Shown: piece after piece, positions 1 to 9,934 of the stretch
How positions within the stretch are numbered: the first letter of the stretch is position 1
Layout: each line of letters starts with the position of its first letter
Assembly (NCBI GenBank): GCA_019058295.1
Contig: JAHPZI010000014.1
Span: 32,001-96,000, forward strand
Origin: Promethearchaeota archaeon
GTDB lineage: Archaea > Asgardarchaeota > Lokiarchaeia > Sigyniarchaeales > SOKP01
Length of the DNA: 64,000 nt
Reading direction: 5' to 3'
Translations under genes and position numbers: made by a program
Notes under the pieces: generated by a model
Seen by the model: only the letters and a program-made list of their open reading frames with translations
Told to the model about the DNA's origin: nothing
The model's database searches: none

Positions 1-1078
1 GAGTACAATTCCACCTGGTAGTAGAAACACTTTAGAACATCAAGCAGTGGCTCGTAAAATCGCAGAAGAGGGCATTGTTCTTTTAAAAAATGAGGATAAT
101 CTTCTCCCGCTTGATATCAATTCAATAAAAAAAATCGCTGTAGTTGGACCGAATGCTAATAAAAAAATGTCTAGGGGGGGTGGGAGCTCTCAAGTTAAAC
201 CTCCCTATGAAATTAAGCCGATTGAAGGAATACAAGAGAAATGCAAAGGGAAAATTGAAATCGTGTCCACTCCTTCAGAAGCTGATGTAGTTATTTATGT
301 TGGCGGACTTAATCATAGACCACATAAAGATTCTGAAGGTGCAGATAGGAAAAGATTTAATCTCACATCTACTCACATTAACAGGTTAAATGAAACGATT
401 CAAGAAAATCCTAAAACAATAGTAGTTTTAATAAGTGGTAGTCCTATTGGAATGGATTGGATTGATAAAGTTCCTGCTGTGATTGAAGCATGGTATCCAG
501 GTATGGAAGGAGGAAATGCTATAGCCTCGGTCCTTTTTGGAGATGTGAATCCATCCGGTAAACTTCCAATTACATTTCCCAAAAAGCTTGAAGATTCACC
601 CGCTCAAATAGTAAAGGATTTAGAAGTTAATTATGATGATGGTATTTTTGTAGGATATCGATATTTTGATACAAATAATATTGAACCTCTCTTTCCCTTT
701 GGCCATGGTTTATCTTATACTACTTTTACTTATGATAATCTTAAGATCAGTAAGGATAAAGTGTCGGGAGATGAGACAGTTAAAGTATCTGTCGACATCA
801 CTAACTCTGGCTCTCGAACTGGAGCAGAAGTTGTCCAACTCTATGTTCAAGATGTAGACTGTAGCGTAGAAAGACCACTTAAAGAGTTAAAAGGTTTTAA
901 AAAGATTAAACTTGAGCCCGGCGCTAAAGAAACAATCAATTTAGAGCTTGGAAAGGAAGACCTTTCATTTTATGATGAAAAAAGTGGAGGATGGAAAGTA
1001 GAACCGGGAAAATTTAACATTCTTGTGGGTAGTTCCTCAAGAGATATTCGTTTACAAGGTAAAATTGAATATTTATAA
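1..1078 (+). CDS. GH3 beta-glucosidase, C-terminal part (5' end outside window)
   Basis: Frame is open from position 2. GH3-C motifs IVLLKN, AWYPGMEGG, NPSGKLPITFP, VGYRYFD, FPFGHGLSYTTF and a C-terminal Fn3-like domain (GAEVVQLYV, ELKGFKK). Confidence 0.93.
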   Translation, partial: STIPPGSRNTLEHQAVARKIAEEGIVLLKNEDNLLPLDINSIKKIAVVGPNANKKMSRGGGSSQVKPPYEIKPIEGIQEKCKGKIEIVSTPSEADVVIYVGGLNHRPHKDSEGADRKRFNLTSTHINRLNETIQENPKTIVVLISGSPIGMDWIDKVPAVIEAWYPGMEGGNAIASVLFGDVNPSGKLPITFPKKLEDSPAQIVKDLEVNYDDGIFVGYRYFDTNNIEPLFPFGHGLSYTTFTYDNLKISKDKVSGDETVKVSVDITNSGSRTGAEVVQLYVQDVDCSVERPLKELKGFKKIKLEPGAKETINLELGKEDLSFYDEKSGGWKVEPGKFNILVGSSSRDIRLQGKIEYL

Positions 1079-1086
1079 TATAATAG

Positions 1087-2391
1087 TTGGTTTATAAATT
1101 TAAAATGATTATAAAAGAAGATCTGCAAGAAGCTAAAGAAAGAATGAAAGCATGGTGGGACCATGAAATAATTGATAGACCCGTTCTGTCTTACAATATA
1201 CCGGCAGGCAAGAATTCTATTAAAGCACTTATTGCTTCAACTCCTTTATGTTGGGATTTAGCTAAAGATTTTGATGGTATTGAACCCATTTTAGACACAT
1301 TAGAAAATAATTCAGATGGCTTAATTTTTGGAGGTGAATGTATCCCTTCTTATTTTCCAAACTACGGTCCAGGAATAATGGCATCAGTTTTAGGAGTTAC
1401 ACCAGAATTTAAAGCAAATACAATGTGGTTTCATAAGCCTACTGAAGTGAAAGATATAATCTCCGTACTTGAAAGCGTCAAATTAAACGCCAATAATGAA
1501 TGGTATTCAAGATTAAAACGCATCACGGAATATGCAGCAAAACGTGCTGTCAAAGGCAATTACCATGTCTCCATGACAGATTTAGGAGGCATATTAGACA
1601 TACTAATTTCATTTATAGGATCAACAAATATCATAGTAACAATGAAACGCAATCCTGAACTTATTGATACTTGTCGGGCAATAATTATGGAGAAGTATTT
1701 AAAAGTCTATGACGAATTACAAGATATTATTAATAAATATGTAGATGGATGTAATAGTTGGCTAAATGTTTGGTGTCCTAAACGATACTATACAATGCAA
1801 TGTGATTTTAGCGTAATGCTGAGTCCAAAATGGTTCAAAAGATTTGTATTACCAGATCTTATTGAACAAGCAGAACATATGGATTATTCAATTTATCATT
1901 TAGATGGACCAGAAGAAATAAAATTTATTGATGATATTTTGCCTCATGTTACAGGAATTCAGTATGTGCCTGGTTTAAAACCAGGAATGCCTCAAGATGG
2001 AGCTGATAAATGGATGCCACTCTATAAGAAAATTCAAAAAGCCGGTAAAAATATCCAAATGACGATATTAAATCCTAAAAGAGTTCCTGGTGTGTATAAG
2101 AAATTAGATCCTAAAGGAGTATTTGTGTATGCAGTCTACATGTCAAAAGCACTTGCTAATTGTTATTTACCAAAGTTTATGGGAGGAGATGGGGGAGAAT
2201 TAGTTGATAAAATTTCAAATTGGGGCCAATCTAATAATATAGGAGGACGGTTTACCAAAGAAAAGTTAAGAGAATATTTAGCGGAAAATAATCTTGAAAT
2301 TAGTAAAGAACTTGAAAGCCAAATACTTAAAGAAGTCCGTACGAATCTTAAAAAAGGGGAAAAAAAAGGATTTAAAGTAAAATATCTATAA
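1087..2391 (+). CDS. URO-D/cobalamin-dependent methyltransferase-like TIM-barrel protein with C-terminal extension
   Basis: Motifs NYGPG, QCDFSVMLSPKWFKRFVLP and YHLDGP are typical of this family. Likely start is ATG 1105. Confidence 0.7.
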   Translation: MVYKFKMIIKEDLQEAKERMKAWWDHEIIDRPVLSYNIPAGKNSIKALIASTPLCWDLAKDFDGIEPILDTLENNSDGLIFGGECIPSYFPNYGPGIMASVLGVTPEFKANTMWFHKPTEVKDIISVLESVKLNANNEWYSRLKRITEYAAKRAVKGNYHVSMTDLGGILDILISFIGSTNIIVTMKRNPELIDTCRAIIMEKYLKVYDELQDIINKYVDGCNSWLNVWCPKRYYTMQCDFSVMLSPKWFKRFVLPDLIEQAEHMDYSIYHLDGPEEIKFIDDILPHVTGIQYVPGLKPGMPQDGADKWMPLYKKIQKAGKNIQMTILNPKRVPGVYKKLDPKGVFVYAVYMSKALANCYLPKFMGGDGGELVDKISNWGQSNNIGGRFTKEKLREYLAENNLEISKELESQILKEVRTNLKKGEKKGFKVKYL

Positions 2392-2475
2392 AAAAAAATG
2401 AAAATATTAAATTATAAACGTTTTTATTATAAAGAATTATTTTAAAAATTAAAACTATTTTTAAGCTGAGAAATT

Positions 2476-4155
2476 ATGGCAGAAAGTCTACAATTCATTT
2501 ATAAGGAAGAGTTTTGGTTCATAAGTACTTTTTTAAATACATCTAAAGTCGATACTGAACACCTTAGTATGCTACTTCAAAATCTCATCCAGGACAAACT
2601 GAATAATTTAACAGATGAAGATATTTATCGTAAAGAACTAAAGGATGACTTAATGGAAATGGTTAAGAATATTGCTTTATCTTGCAAATGGGTTTCTTAT
2701 GTGGACAATTTTCCTTATACAGATGAAAATTCTGAGAGAAAATATAATAATCTCGGTTTTTTCCAATTTGATATAGAATATTATAAAAATGATCCTTCAA
2801 AAAAGGAAAAAATTAAACCACTGTTAATACAGCAAGTACCCTATATTGTTCTAAATATCTTAAAGGAATTTAGCAAAAAACCTGGAAGTGAAGGGATTTT
2901 CTTTGATTTAGAGAGTCCTATTTACATCTTTAGCATTTCAAATAAGACAACTCTCCCAAATATTAGTTGGACACAAGAAAATATTAAGAAATACAAGAGA
3001 GAAATTTCATATTGGACAGTGATTTATTCAGGCCAATGGCCAGATTATTCTGAAAAACTTTTTGACAGAAGAATAAGGGACAATCTTTCTAATCGTTTGT
3101 CAGAATTGCATTTTATATATCGAAATTCTGGATTTATATATATGGCAGAGCAAAATTATGAGAATTTCTTTGAATCGTATATGAAACAATATGTTTTAGA
3201 TCCCACTCCAAAAATGAGAGCTGTATTATTCGCTCTAAGGTCAATTAACCAATCTCTTGATTTATTATTCTTAAAAACCCGTTCAGGAGCATTTGTAAAT
3301 ATCGAGATTGTAGAAGATAAAATCAAAAATCTTGGATTATTACGAGGGCTTATTCAAACAAATTTAAGTATAATATACAATGAATTGGATTATAATCGGA
3401 GAGAACATTATACCAGTGTATTAAAACATCTAATAAATGAATTTGAATTAAATGATTTAGTTAATCGAGTGAATGATAAATTTAAGATTATCGAAGGCGC
3501 TTTACAAGAATTATATCTTCAAAAAAGTAAAGAAAATCAAGAGAGAACTGAAAAAGGGCTAAGTTTACTAAATCTTCTTTTTGGTGCGGGTGTTTTAGCC
3601 GATTTAGCGGGAGTTATTCTTATAGCTTTAAGTCTAGAAGAGAGTGATTGGCCCTCAATTCTATTACATAGTCTAATTGCCTTATTTATAGTTGGAATTT
3701 TAGTTATAACACTTGGCTACTATATATTCTTAAGATATAAAATTAAAGAAAAGGAAATTGGAAAAGCTGTAGATGCTATTATTGAAGATAATGAGGGTAA
3801 TATAGTATTAATTAAGCGAAAATATCCTCCCTTTAAAGATTTTTATGCTTTACCTGGTGGACTCGTAGAAAAGGGTGAAAATCTTAAACATGCATTAATA
3901 AGAGAAGTCGAGGAAGAAACCAATTTAGGCATACAAATTATTAAGAAAATTGGATACTATGACGAAGAAGGTAGAGATCCTCGTGGTCCAATTCATTCAA
4001 CAGTATATAAATGCAGAATAAAAGGGAACGTCTCTGATATGAAAAGTAGAGATGATGCAGTAGATGTGATTCTTGTCCCAAAAGGAAAACTGAAGGAAAT
4101 TGACCTGGCTTTTGATCATAAAAAGATGCTTATCGATGCTGATATTATTGAATAA
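2476..4155 (+). CDS. Membrane protein: CorA-like N-terminal/stalk region, 2 TM helices and a C-terminal Nudix hydrolase
   Basis: Nudix box GGLVEKGENLKHALIREVEEETN plus RDPRG and LAFDH. Two hydrophobic helices follow a long amphipathic helical region. Confidence 0.75.
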   Translation: MAESLQFIYKEEFWFISTFLNTSKVDTEHLSMLLQNLIQDKLNNLTDEDIYRKELKDDLMEMVKNIALSCKWVSYVDNFPYTDENSERKYNNLGFFQFDIEYYKNDPSKKEKIKPLLIQQVPYIVLNILKEFSKKPGSEGIFFDLESPIYIFSISNKTTLPNISWTQENIKKYKREISYWTVIYSGQWPDYSEKLFDRRIRDNLSNRLSELHFIYRNSGFIYMAEQNYENFFESYMKQYVLDPTPKMRAVLFALRSINQSLDLLFLKTRSGAFVNIEIVEDKIKNLGLLRGLIQTNLSIIYNELDYNRREHYTSVLKHLINEFELNDLVNRVNDKFKIIEGALQELYLQKSKENQERTEKGLSLLNLLFGAGVLADLAGVILIALSLEESDWPSILLHSLIALFIVGILVITLGYYIFLRYKIKEKEIGKAVDAIIEDNEGNIVLIKRKYPPFKDFYALPGGLVEKGENLKHALIREVEEETNLGIQIIKKIGYYDEEGRDPRGPIHSTVYKCRIKGNVSDMKSRDDAVDVILVPKGKLKEIDLAFDHKKMLIDADIIE

Positions 4156-4227
4156 ATTAATTTCTTTTTTTTTACTTAATTTTTAATAAATTTTTAGATA
4201 TTATCTAACAAGTAATTAAAAAATTTT

Positions 4228-5748
4228 CTATTTTTTCAGCTTTAAATGTTCAACCTTAGTCGTATTTTCGGGTGATACATCGTGAAAAACTCCTTTTGCT
4301 ATAAGTATCGTAACGCTACCATCTGATTGTAGTTCCTTTACCCAACGTCCCTCATGTCTTCCCCATTCTCCCCAGTCTGTATATTCACGTAAATAAGTTG
4401 TTGTAAGAAGCGCCCACTCATCAAGTTCCTCCGGTCGCGACACTTTAGTAGGGGCAGAATCCGCCAATCCAACCCAGTCACGCCATTCGTGGGCTTCATA
4501 TCGATCACCACTCACTCGGTCAGTTGATGGACTCCAAGTCGCACCTCTATAATTCACACGGGATTTTATCCAAAGCCATGGATCTATACTTACTAAAGTA
4601 ATATATCCTGTAGGTGGAGATTCTTCTTCGAATGTTTGGTATGTTGCATTGCGGAAATCTTTATTCACCTCTGCTTCGAGGTGATTTATTAAGAACTCCT
4701 CAAGAGCACTTGTATCAATCGCAGAAGGTTTAGAACCTTTTTTCCCTTTTTTTCTTTTTTCATCATTTTTTTTGCAATATGCTATAACATATGGAAGATG
4801 ATTCTCTTCGAGTGCTCGCCAGTCAGATTTACCAAATTTCTTTACTGTCCATTTATATACAGGATTTCTGTAAAGGTCCAACCATCTTAACTTACTTAAA
4901 TTTCCTAATCCTTTAATCTCGGCAATCTTATTATTTCTAAGATACAAAGATATCAAGTTTTTTTGATTTTCGAGCCCTTTTAGCTCGCCTACTTGATTGC
5001 TTTCAAACCATAACTCTTTCAACTTAGTAAGATTTTCAAACCCTTTAATCTCAGTAATATTATTTTTATTTAACCATAACGATTCTAAATTAATAAGATT
5101 TTCAAGCCCTTTAATCTCGCTAATTTGATTCTCTTGAAGCTGTAATGTTTTTAATTTATTCAACTTATCTAATCCTTTAATCTCGGAGATTTGATTATTA
5201 GATAGAGATAGGCCTTCTAAATTAGTAAGATTCTCTAAACTTTTAATTTCTGTGATTTTATTCTCAGAGAGATTTAAATTTTGTAAATTAATCAAATTTT
5301 CTACTCCTTTTATCTCTGAAATTTGATTTCTAGGAAGATGAATTGCTTTTAATTGAATCAATTTATCTAATCCTTTAATCTCTGTAATCTTATTTCTTCC
5401 CAAATGTAAATATTGCAAGTTAGTGAGCTTTTCTAAACCTTTAATCTCTGAAATCCTATTTATGAAAAAGTGTAATTCTTTTAGATTTATAAGGGAATCT
5501 AAACCTTTAATCTCCGTTATTTTATTTTCATTAAGCTCTAACACTTGTAAATTAGTAAGATTCTCTAGTCCCTTAATCTCGATAATTTTATTATAATTAA
5601 GCTGTAAACGTTCTAAATTAGTTAGTTCGTTTAGACCTTTAATCTCCGTAATATCCGTTATATCTTTCGCTATTAAAGAAAGACTCAAAAGCCCAGAACG
5701 TTCATCTTTTTTTACTTCATATTTTTTACCTTTATATTTTACTGACAT
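4228..5748 (-). CDS. Leucine-rich repeat protein (SDS22/internalin-like 22-aa repeats) with unknown Trp-rich C-terminal domain
   Basis: About 12 repeats of LxxLxLxxNxIxEIKGLxx, then a Lys-rich linker and a non-repetitive C-terminal domain. Confidence 0.9.
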   Translation of the reverse strand: MSVKYKGKKYEVKKDERSGLLSLSLIAKDITDITEIKGLNELTNLERLQLNYNKIIEIKGLENLTNLQVLELNENKITEIKGLDSLINLKELHFFINRISEIKGLEKLTNLQYLHLGRNKITEIKGLDKLIQLKAIHLPRNQISEIKGVENLINLQNLNLSENKITEIKSLENLTNLEGLSLSNNQISEIKGLDKLNKLKTLQLQENQISEIKGLENLINLESLWLNKNNITEIKGFENLTKLKELWFESNQVGELKGLENQKNLISLYLRNNKIAEIKGLGNLSKLRWLDLYRNPVYKWTVKKFGKSDWRALEENHLPYVIAYCKKNDEKRKKGKKGSKPSAIDTSALEEFLINHLEAEVNKDFRNATYQTFEEESPPTGYITLVSIDPWLWIKSRVNYRGATWSPSTDRVSGDRYEAHEWRDWVGLADSAPTKVSRPEELDEWALLTTTYLREYTDWGEWGRHEGRWVKELQSDGSVTILIAKGVFHDVSPENTTKVEHLKLKK

Positions 5749-5840
5749 TTTTCTATTGGAACCTGCGTGACTTCTTTCTTTTTTTAACTTATTTTTTTTT
5801 CCTATAGTTATATCTGTTTTTTTATTTTAATTATTTCTTA

Positions 5841-6575
5841 TTAAAATTCTGAATTCTCTTCTGGGGCAATGAGATTCATTTCGCACGTGACCAGCTTATT
5901 CAGTCCGTCATCATATGTGTTGATATCATATTCCATCGAGTAACCCCACTTCCGTAGTTCCCACACAATAAATTCCTCCACCTCTGGTTTAAGGAATATA
6001 GTGGGTGAGTGCGTAAGCTCCTCAGGGGTTGGAGGTTCACCGGTCAGTCTGATAATCATCACATGAGGATCACTTCTAACATCGACGCGATAACCGAGGA
6101 ATTTAGGGAACCATACCTGAAACTTCTCGGCCATGATTTTCCTTTTGTGATTAAAATCTATACCAATATAAGGAAGAGCTTTCTTTGGGTCCTCTATGAT
6201 AGACTTCATATCAATGATCAATCTGTTTTTAAAATGAGCGATCACCATATTTGTCTCAATCATAATCAATGATGCAATAAATCCTTTATCACCTTTTAAA
6301 TCCTCAAATAGTTCTATAATTGCTTTCAAATCTTTATCTAAAATATTGGTATTCAAATTATCGATTTCGTCATTCTCGACTTCTTCTTTAAGGGATTTCG
6401 CGATTTTTTGAATCTTTTCCAATTTCTCTTTTATATTTTTGCTCACTTTTATTATCAAGTCGCTTAGATCAATAATAACCCCTTTTAATAACTCTCTAAG
6501 TCTTTGGAGTAATTCTTGACCAACCTGTCTGGCTTCATCTTCATCTATTATTTTAGCATGAATGATGTTTGTCAT
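5841..6575 (-). CDS. Hypothetical protein (helical N-terminus, alpha/beta C-terminus)
   Basis: 244-aa ORF with normal composition and no recognised motif. Confidence 0.6.
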   Translation of the reverse strand: MTNIIHAKIIDEDEARQVGQELLQRLRELLKGVIIDLSDLIIKVSKNIKEKLEKIQKIAKSLKEEVENDEIDNLNTNILDKDLKAIIELFEDLKGDKGFIASLIMIETNMVIAHFKNRLIIDMKSIIEDPKKALPYIGIDFNHKRKIMAEKFQVWFPKFLGYRVDVRSDPHVMIIRLTGEPPTPEELTHSPTIFLKPEVEEFIVWELRKWGYSMEYDINTYDDGLNKLVTCEMNLIAPEENSEF

Positions 6576-6661
6576 CTAAGATCATATACCCATTATATCT
6601 CTTAAAAACCTTAAGTTGAATAATAATTGTTTAGAATTAAGTAAAAATAAAGAAAAAAAAT

Positions 6662-7633
6662 CTAATCGTCCTTTTTTCTCTCGAATTTCACATTGCTGAA
6701 TAGATCGTGAACAAGATCGTAGATCTGGAATTTATTATCAATTGCAGTCTTGGAAATTTCTTTTATCTCATCTGGACTAATTAGGCTTTCTAATACATTG
6801 TCAATCTTATAATAAAGCAATTCTCTCACCTTGTAAGCAAATCGATTTCTTTTTCTCTCTCTTAACAATTCTGAGAGTTCTAAATGTTCTTTATGTCCAT
6901 ATAAGTATTCTATTAATTCATCTATACCTTCCCCAGTTATTGAATTTGTCATCGCTACTGGGGGTCTCCAGCCACCTTGAAATGTTGAGTCATCAAGCAT
7001 CATATCTATATGAGCAGCTATATCAGCACCACCTAGATCTTTTTTATTAACATCATATATATCTCCTATTTCAATAATTCCCGCTTTCTGCATTTGAATA
7101 GCATCTCCATAACCTGGGACCATGACAACAATAATCGTATAGGCTAAATTATATATCTCAAATTCAGATTGCCCGACGCCTACCGTTTCGATAATAATGA
7201 AATCCATCCCAAATGCTTCGTATAATAATGTAATATCAAGCACAGCTCTTGAGATACCACCTCTATAACCTCTCGAAGCAAGACTTCTGATAAAGATATT
7301 GGGATCCAATGAAACTTCTGTCATCCTTACTCTATCTCCTAAAAATGCACCTCCACTGAAAGGAGAAGTTGGATCGACTGAGATTACACCGATAGATTTC
7401 CCTTCTTTCAGCAGCCTCTTAGCTATAGCTCCAGTTAAAGTACTTTTTCCAACACCTGGAGATCCTGTTATTCCTATAATGTAGGAATCATGTTTAATAT
7501 GATTAAAATTTTTAAAAATGTCTGAAGCTTTTTCAGGATGATTTTCTATAATAGAAATTAACCTTGCTAAAGCTATTTTATCTTTTTCTTTAAATTTTCC
7601 AATTAAAAGATCAATATCATACTCTCTTCTCAA
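6662..7633 (-). CDS. meaB: MeaB/ArgK GTPase chaperone of B12 acyl-CoA mutases
   Basis: GITGSPGVGKST, DPTSPFSGGAFLGDRVRM, ETVGVGQSE; adjacent to mutase genes. Confidence 0.93.
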   Translation of the reverse strand: MRREYDIDLLIGKFKEKDKIALARLISIIENHPEKASDIFKNFNHIKHDSYIIGITGSPGVGKSTLTGAIAKRLLKEGKSIGVISVDPTSPFSGGAFLGDRVRMTEVSLDPNIFIRSLASRGYRGGISRAVLDITLLYEAFGMDFIIIETVGVGQSEFEIYNLAYTIIVVMVPGYGDAIQMQKAGIIEIGDIYDVNKKDLGGADIAAHIDMMLDDSTFQGGWRPPVAMTNSITGEGIDELIEYLYGHKEHLELSELLRERKRNRFAYKVRELLYYKIDNVLESLISPDEIKEISKTAIDNKFQIYDLVHDLFSNVKFERKKDD

Positions 7634-7699
7634 ATAAATAAAACTCCAAAAATTTATTTCTTTATTGCTTAAATTGTTATTTTCAAAATCTATTTCTTA

Positions 7700-8098
7700 C
7701 TATTTCATAATATTTTCTTTAATAAATTCAACAACATCTTTAGTCATAGTGCCGGGACCATAAACATTAGCTACTCCCATTTTCTTTAACTCGGAAAAAT
7801 CCCTAGCAGGAATTACCCCTCCAACAAGTAACATATATTGGTCCTTAAGTCCTTTTTCTTCTATTAAGTCTAAAAGTCTCTTTACATATGCGAAATGTGC
7901 CCCTGAATGTATGCTTAAACCTATGACATCAACATCTTCTTGAATGGCAGATTCAACACATTGCTCAACATTCTGAAATCCACCAAATATAAGTTCCATC
8001 CCAGCATCTCGTAGCGCTCTTGAAATAACAATCCCTCCGCGCCAATGGCCATCAATTCCCGGTTTTGACATTAAAACCCTAATTTTTCCCTCTACCAT
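7700..8098 (-). CDS. Acyl-CoA mutase small cobalamin-binding subunit
   Basis: DxHxxG motif (DGHWRG), SIHSGAH, VGGVIP, YGPGT. Confidence 0.93.
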   Translation of the reverse strand: MVEGKIRVLMSKPGIDGHWRGGIVISRALRDAGMELIFGGFQNVEQCVESAIQEDVDVIGLSIHSGAHFAYVKRLLDLIEEKGLKDQYMLLVGGVIPARDFSELKKMGVANVYGPGTMTKDVVEFIKENIMK

Positions 8099-8116
8099 TG
8101 TAATAACCTCTAAATC

Positions 8117-9790
8117 TTAAATAGCTAATGGAGGATCCCAAATACCCCAAATTTCTCTGTAGATATCACAGATCTCGCCTACAGTCGCTCCTTCTTTAGT
8201 AGCTTCCATTATAACGGGCATTACATTTTCCTCTTTCTCGCACACCTTACGGAGATCGTCCAAAATTCTCTCTAATTTCGCATTATCTCTTCTTTCTTTA
8301 AGCTTTCTTATTCTTTCTTGTTCAATTTTTACAGCTTCTTTATTTGTTCTGAATACATCTGTAACTTCGTCATAGGGGACAGCATATTTATTGACACCTA
8401 ACATGATTTCTTCACCCTTCTCAATACGTGTTTGTCTACGGTGAAATGCATCTCTCATTTCCTTGTATAAAAATCCTGTAGATAGAGCCTTAGCAATCGT
8501 TCCTACTTTTTCTATTTTCTCAATATATTTCCATACTCTTTCCTCGATCTCATCAGTTAACCATTCAACATAATATGAACCGGCCAATGGATCAACAGTG
8601 TTTGTTATGCGAGTTTCGTCTGATAATACTTGTTGTGTCCTAAGCGCAATTAGAGCTGCCTCTTCTGAAGGCAAACAAATCGCTTCGTCATAGGAATTCG
8701 TGTGAAGGGATTGACATCCGCCTATTGTTGCTTCTAAACCTTGAATCGCAGTTCTTATTATATTAACCAAGGGTGTTTGTGCCGTTAAAGATGATCCAGC
8801 CGTTTGGATGTGAAAGCGAAAACCATGATTCCTTTCATCTTTTGACTCATATCTATCTGTCATTAATTTATACCAAATTCTTCTTGCTGCTCGAAATTTT
8901 GCAATTTCTTCAAAAAAATCCTTATGTGCTGCTAAATGAAAGGCAAGTCTGCCAACAAAATCATCAACTTTCCAACCCCTTTCAATAAGATTATCAATAT
9001 GGGAACAGGCACTTGCAAATACAAATCCTAATTCTTGGATGGCATCAATGCCCCCTTCACGATAATTATATCCCGTAAAATTTATCGGATGCCATTTAGG
9101 CACATTTTTCATTGCTACAGTCCATTCAATAAAATCACATGCTAAACGAAGTAGATGATCTGGTGCAACATTTTTATAAGGAATATATCCAACTGTCATA
9201 GTTAAAATATCATTTTGAGTCGTTCCCACCAGATTTTTAATGTCATATCCACGCATTTTTGCCATATTGAAATACATAGAACATACTGGAGCAGAAGTAA
9301 AAGGCTCCACAACTAAAGCAACACTTATCTTATCAATAGGGATATCTTCTGTAAGAGCAAATAAGCTATCAATACAATATAAAGGAACCCCTGATGTACC
9401 GACCTCTGGTGAACCATCTGGATTTGTTGGATCAATACCATTAAATGTTAAAGCATCAACAGCGGCACTGAATCCAGTTTCACCATTATCGTATAAAAAT
9501 TTCCATCGCTTATTGGTTTCTTCTGGGGTACCATGACCTGAAAACAATCTCATCGTCCATACACGACCTCTATACATAGTCGGATATATCCCACGTGTGT
9601 ATGGAGCACGTCCAGGAAAGTTGATCTTGTCTAAATAGTCGCCTTTTACATCTAATGGAGTATATAATCTTTTAATTGGAATTTCAGAGTCAGTTTCAAA
9701 TTTGCCATCTCGTTCCTTGCTATCTTTAAATTTTTCTTCCCATTCTAATTTTGCTTTACTTATTTTTTCTAAATATTCTTTTTCCCACAT
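8117..9790 (-). CDS. Acyl-CoA mutase large substrate-binding subunit (methylmalonyl-CoA mutase family, divergent specificity)
   Basis: PYTRGIYPTMY, FFEEIAKFRAARRIW, HIQTAGSSLT, SLHTNSYDEA, DPLAGSYYVE. Confidence 0.92.
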   Translation of the reverse strand: MWEKEYLEKISKAKLEWEEKFKDSKERDGKFETDSEIPIKRLYTPLDVKGDYLDKINFPGRAPYTRGIYPTMYRGRVWTMRLFSGHGTPEETNKRWKFLYDNGETGFSAAVDALTFNGIDPTNPDGSPEVGTSGVPLYCIDSLFALTEDIPIDKISVALVVEPFTSAPVCSMYFNMAKMRGYDIKNLVGTTQNDILTMTVGYIPYKNVAPDHLLRLACDFIEWTVAMKNVPKWHPINFTGYNYREGGIDAIQELGFVFASACSHIDNLIERGWKVDDFVGRLAFHLAAHKDFFEEIAKFRAARRIWYKLMTDRYESKDERNHGFRFHIQTAGSSLTAQTPLVNIIRTAIQGLEATIGGCQSLHTNSYDEAICLPSEEAALIALRTQQVLSDETRITNTVDPLAGSYYVEWLTDEIEERVWKYIEKIEKVGTIAKALSTGFLYKEMRDAFHRRQTRIEKGEEIMLGVNKYAVPYDEVTDVFRTNKEAVKIEQERIRKLKERRDNAKLERILDDLRKVCEKEENVMPVIMEATKEGATVGEICDIYREIWGIWDPPLAI

Positions 9791-9934
9791 AATATAATCT
9801 TTCCAATTGAGTATTATTCAAAATTTAATTTGATAAAATATAATTATAATAATAAACTAAAACATTTATTCTTTTAAGATAAATTATGTTTTAGAAAGTA
9901 ATCGAAGAAAATTATAGATAATTGAGGATTAATC

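Noticed and set aside
4860-5650. 66-nt periodic DNA repeats as a possible CRISPR array
   Set aside because: They are in-frame LRR coding repeats with no unique spacers and no cas genes.
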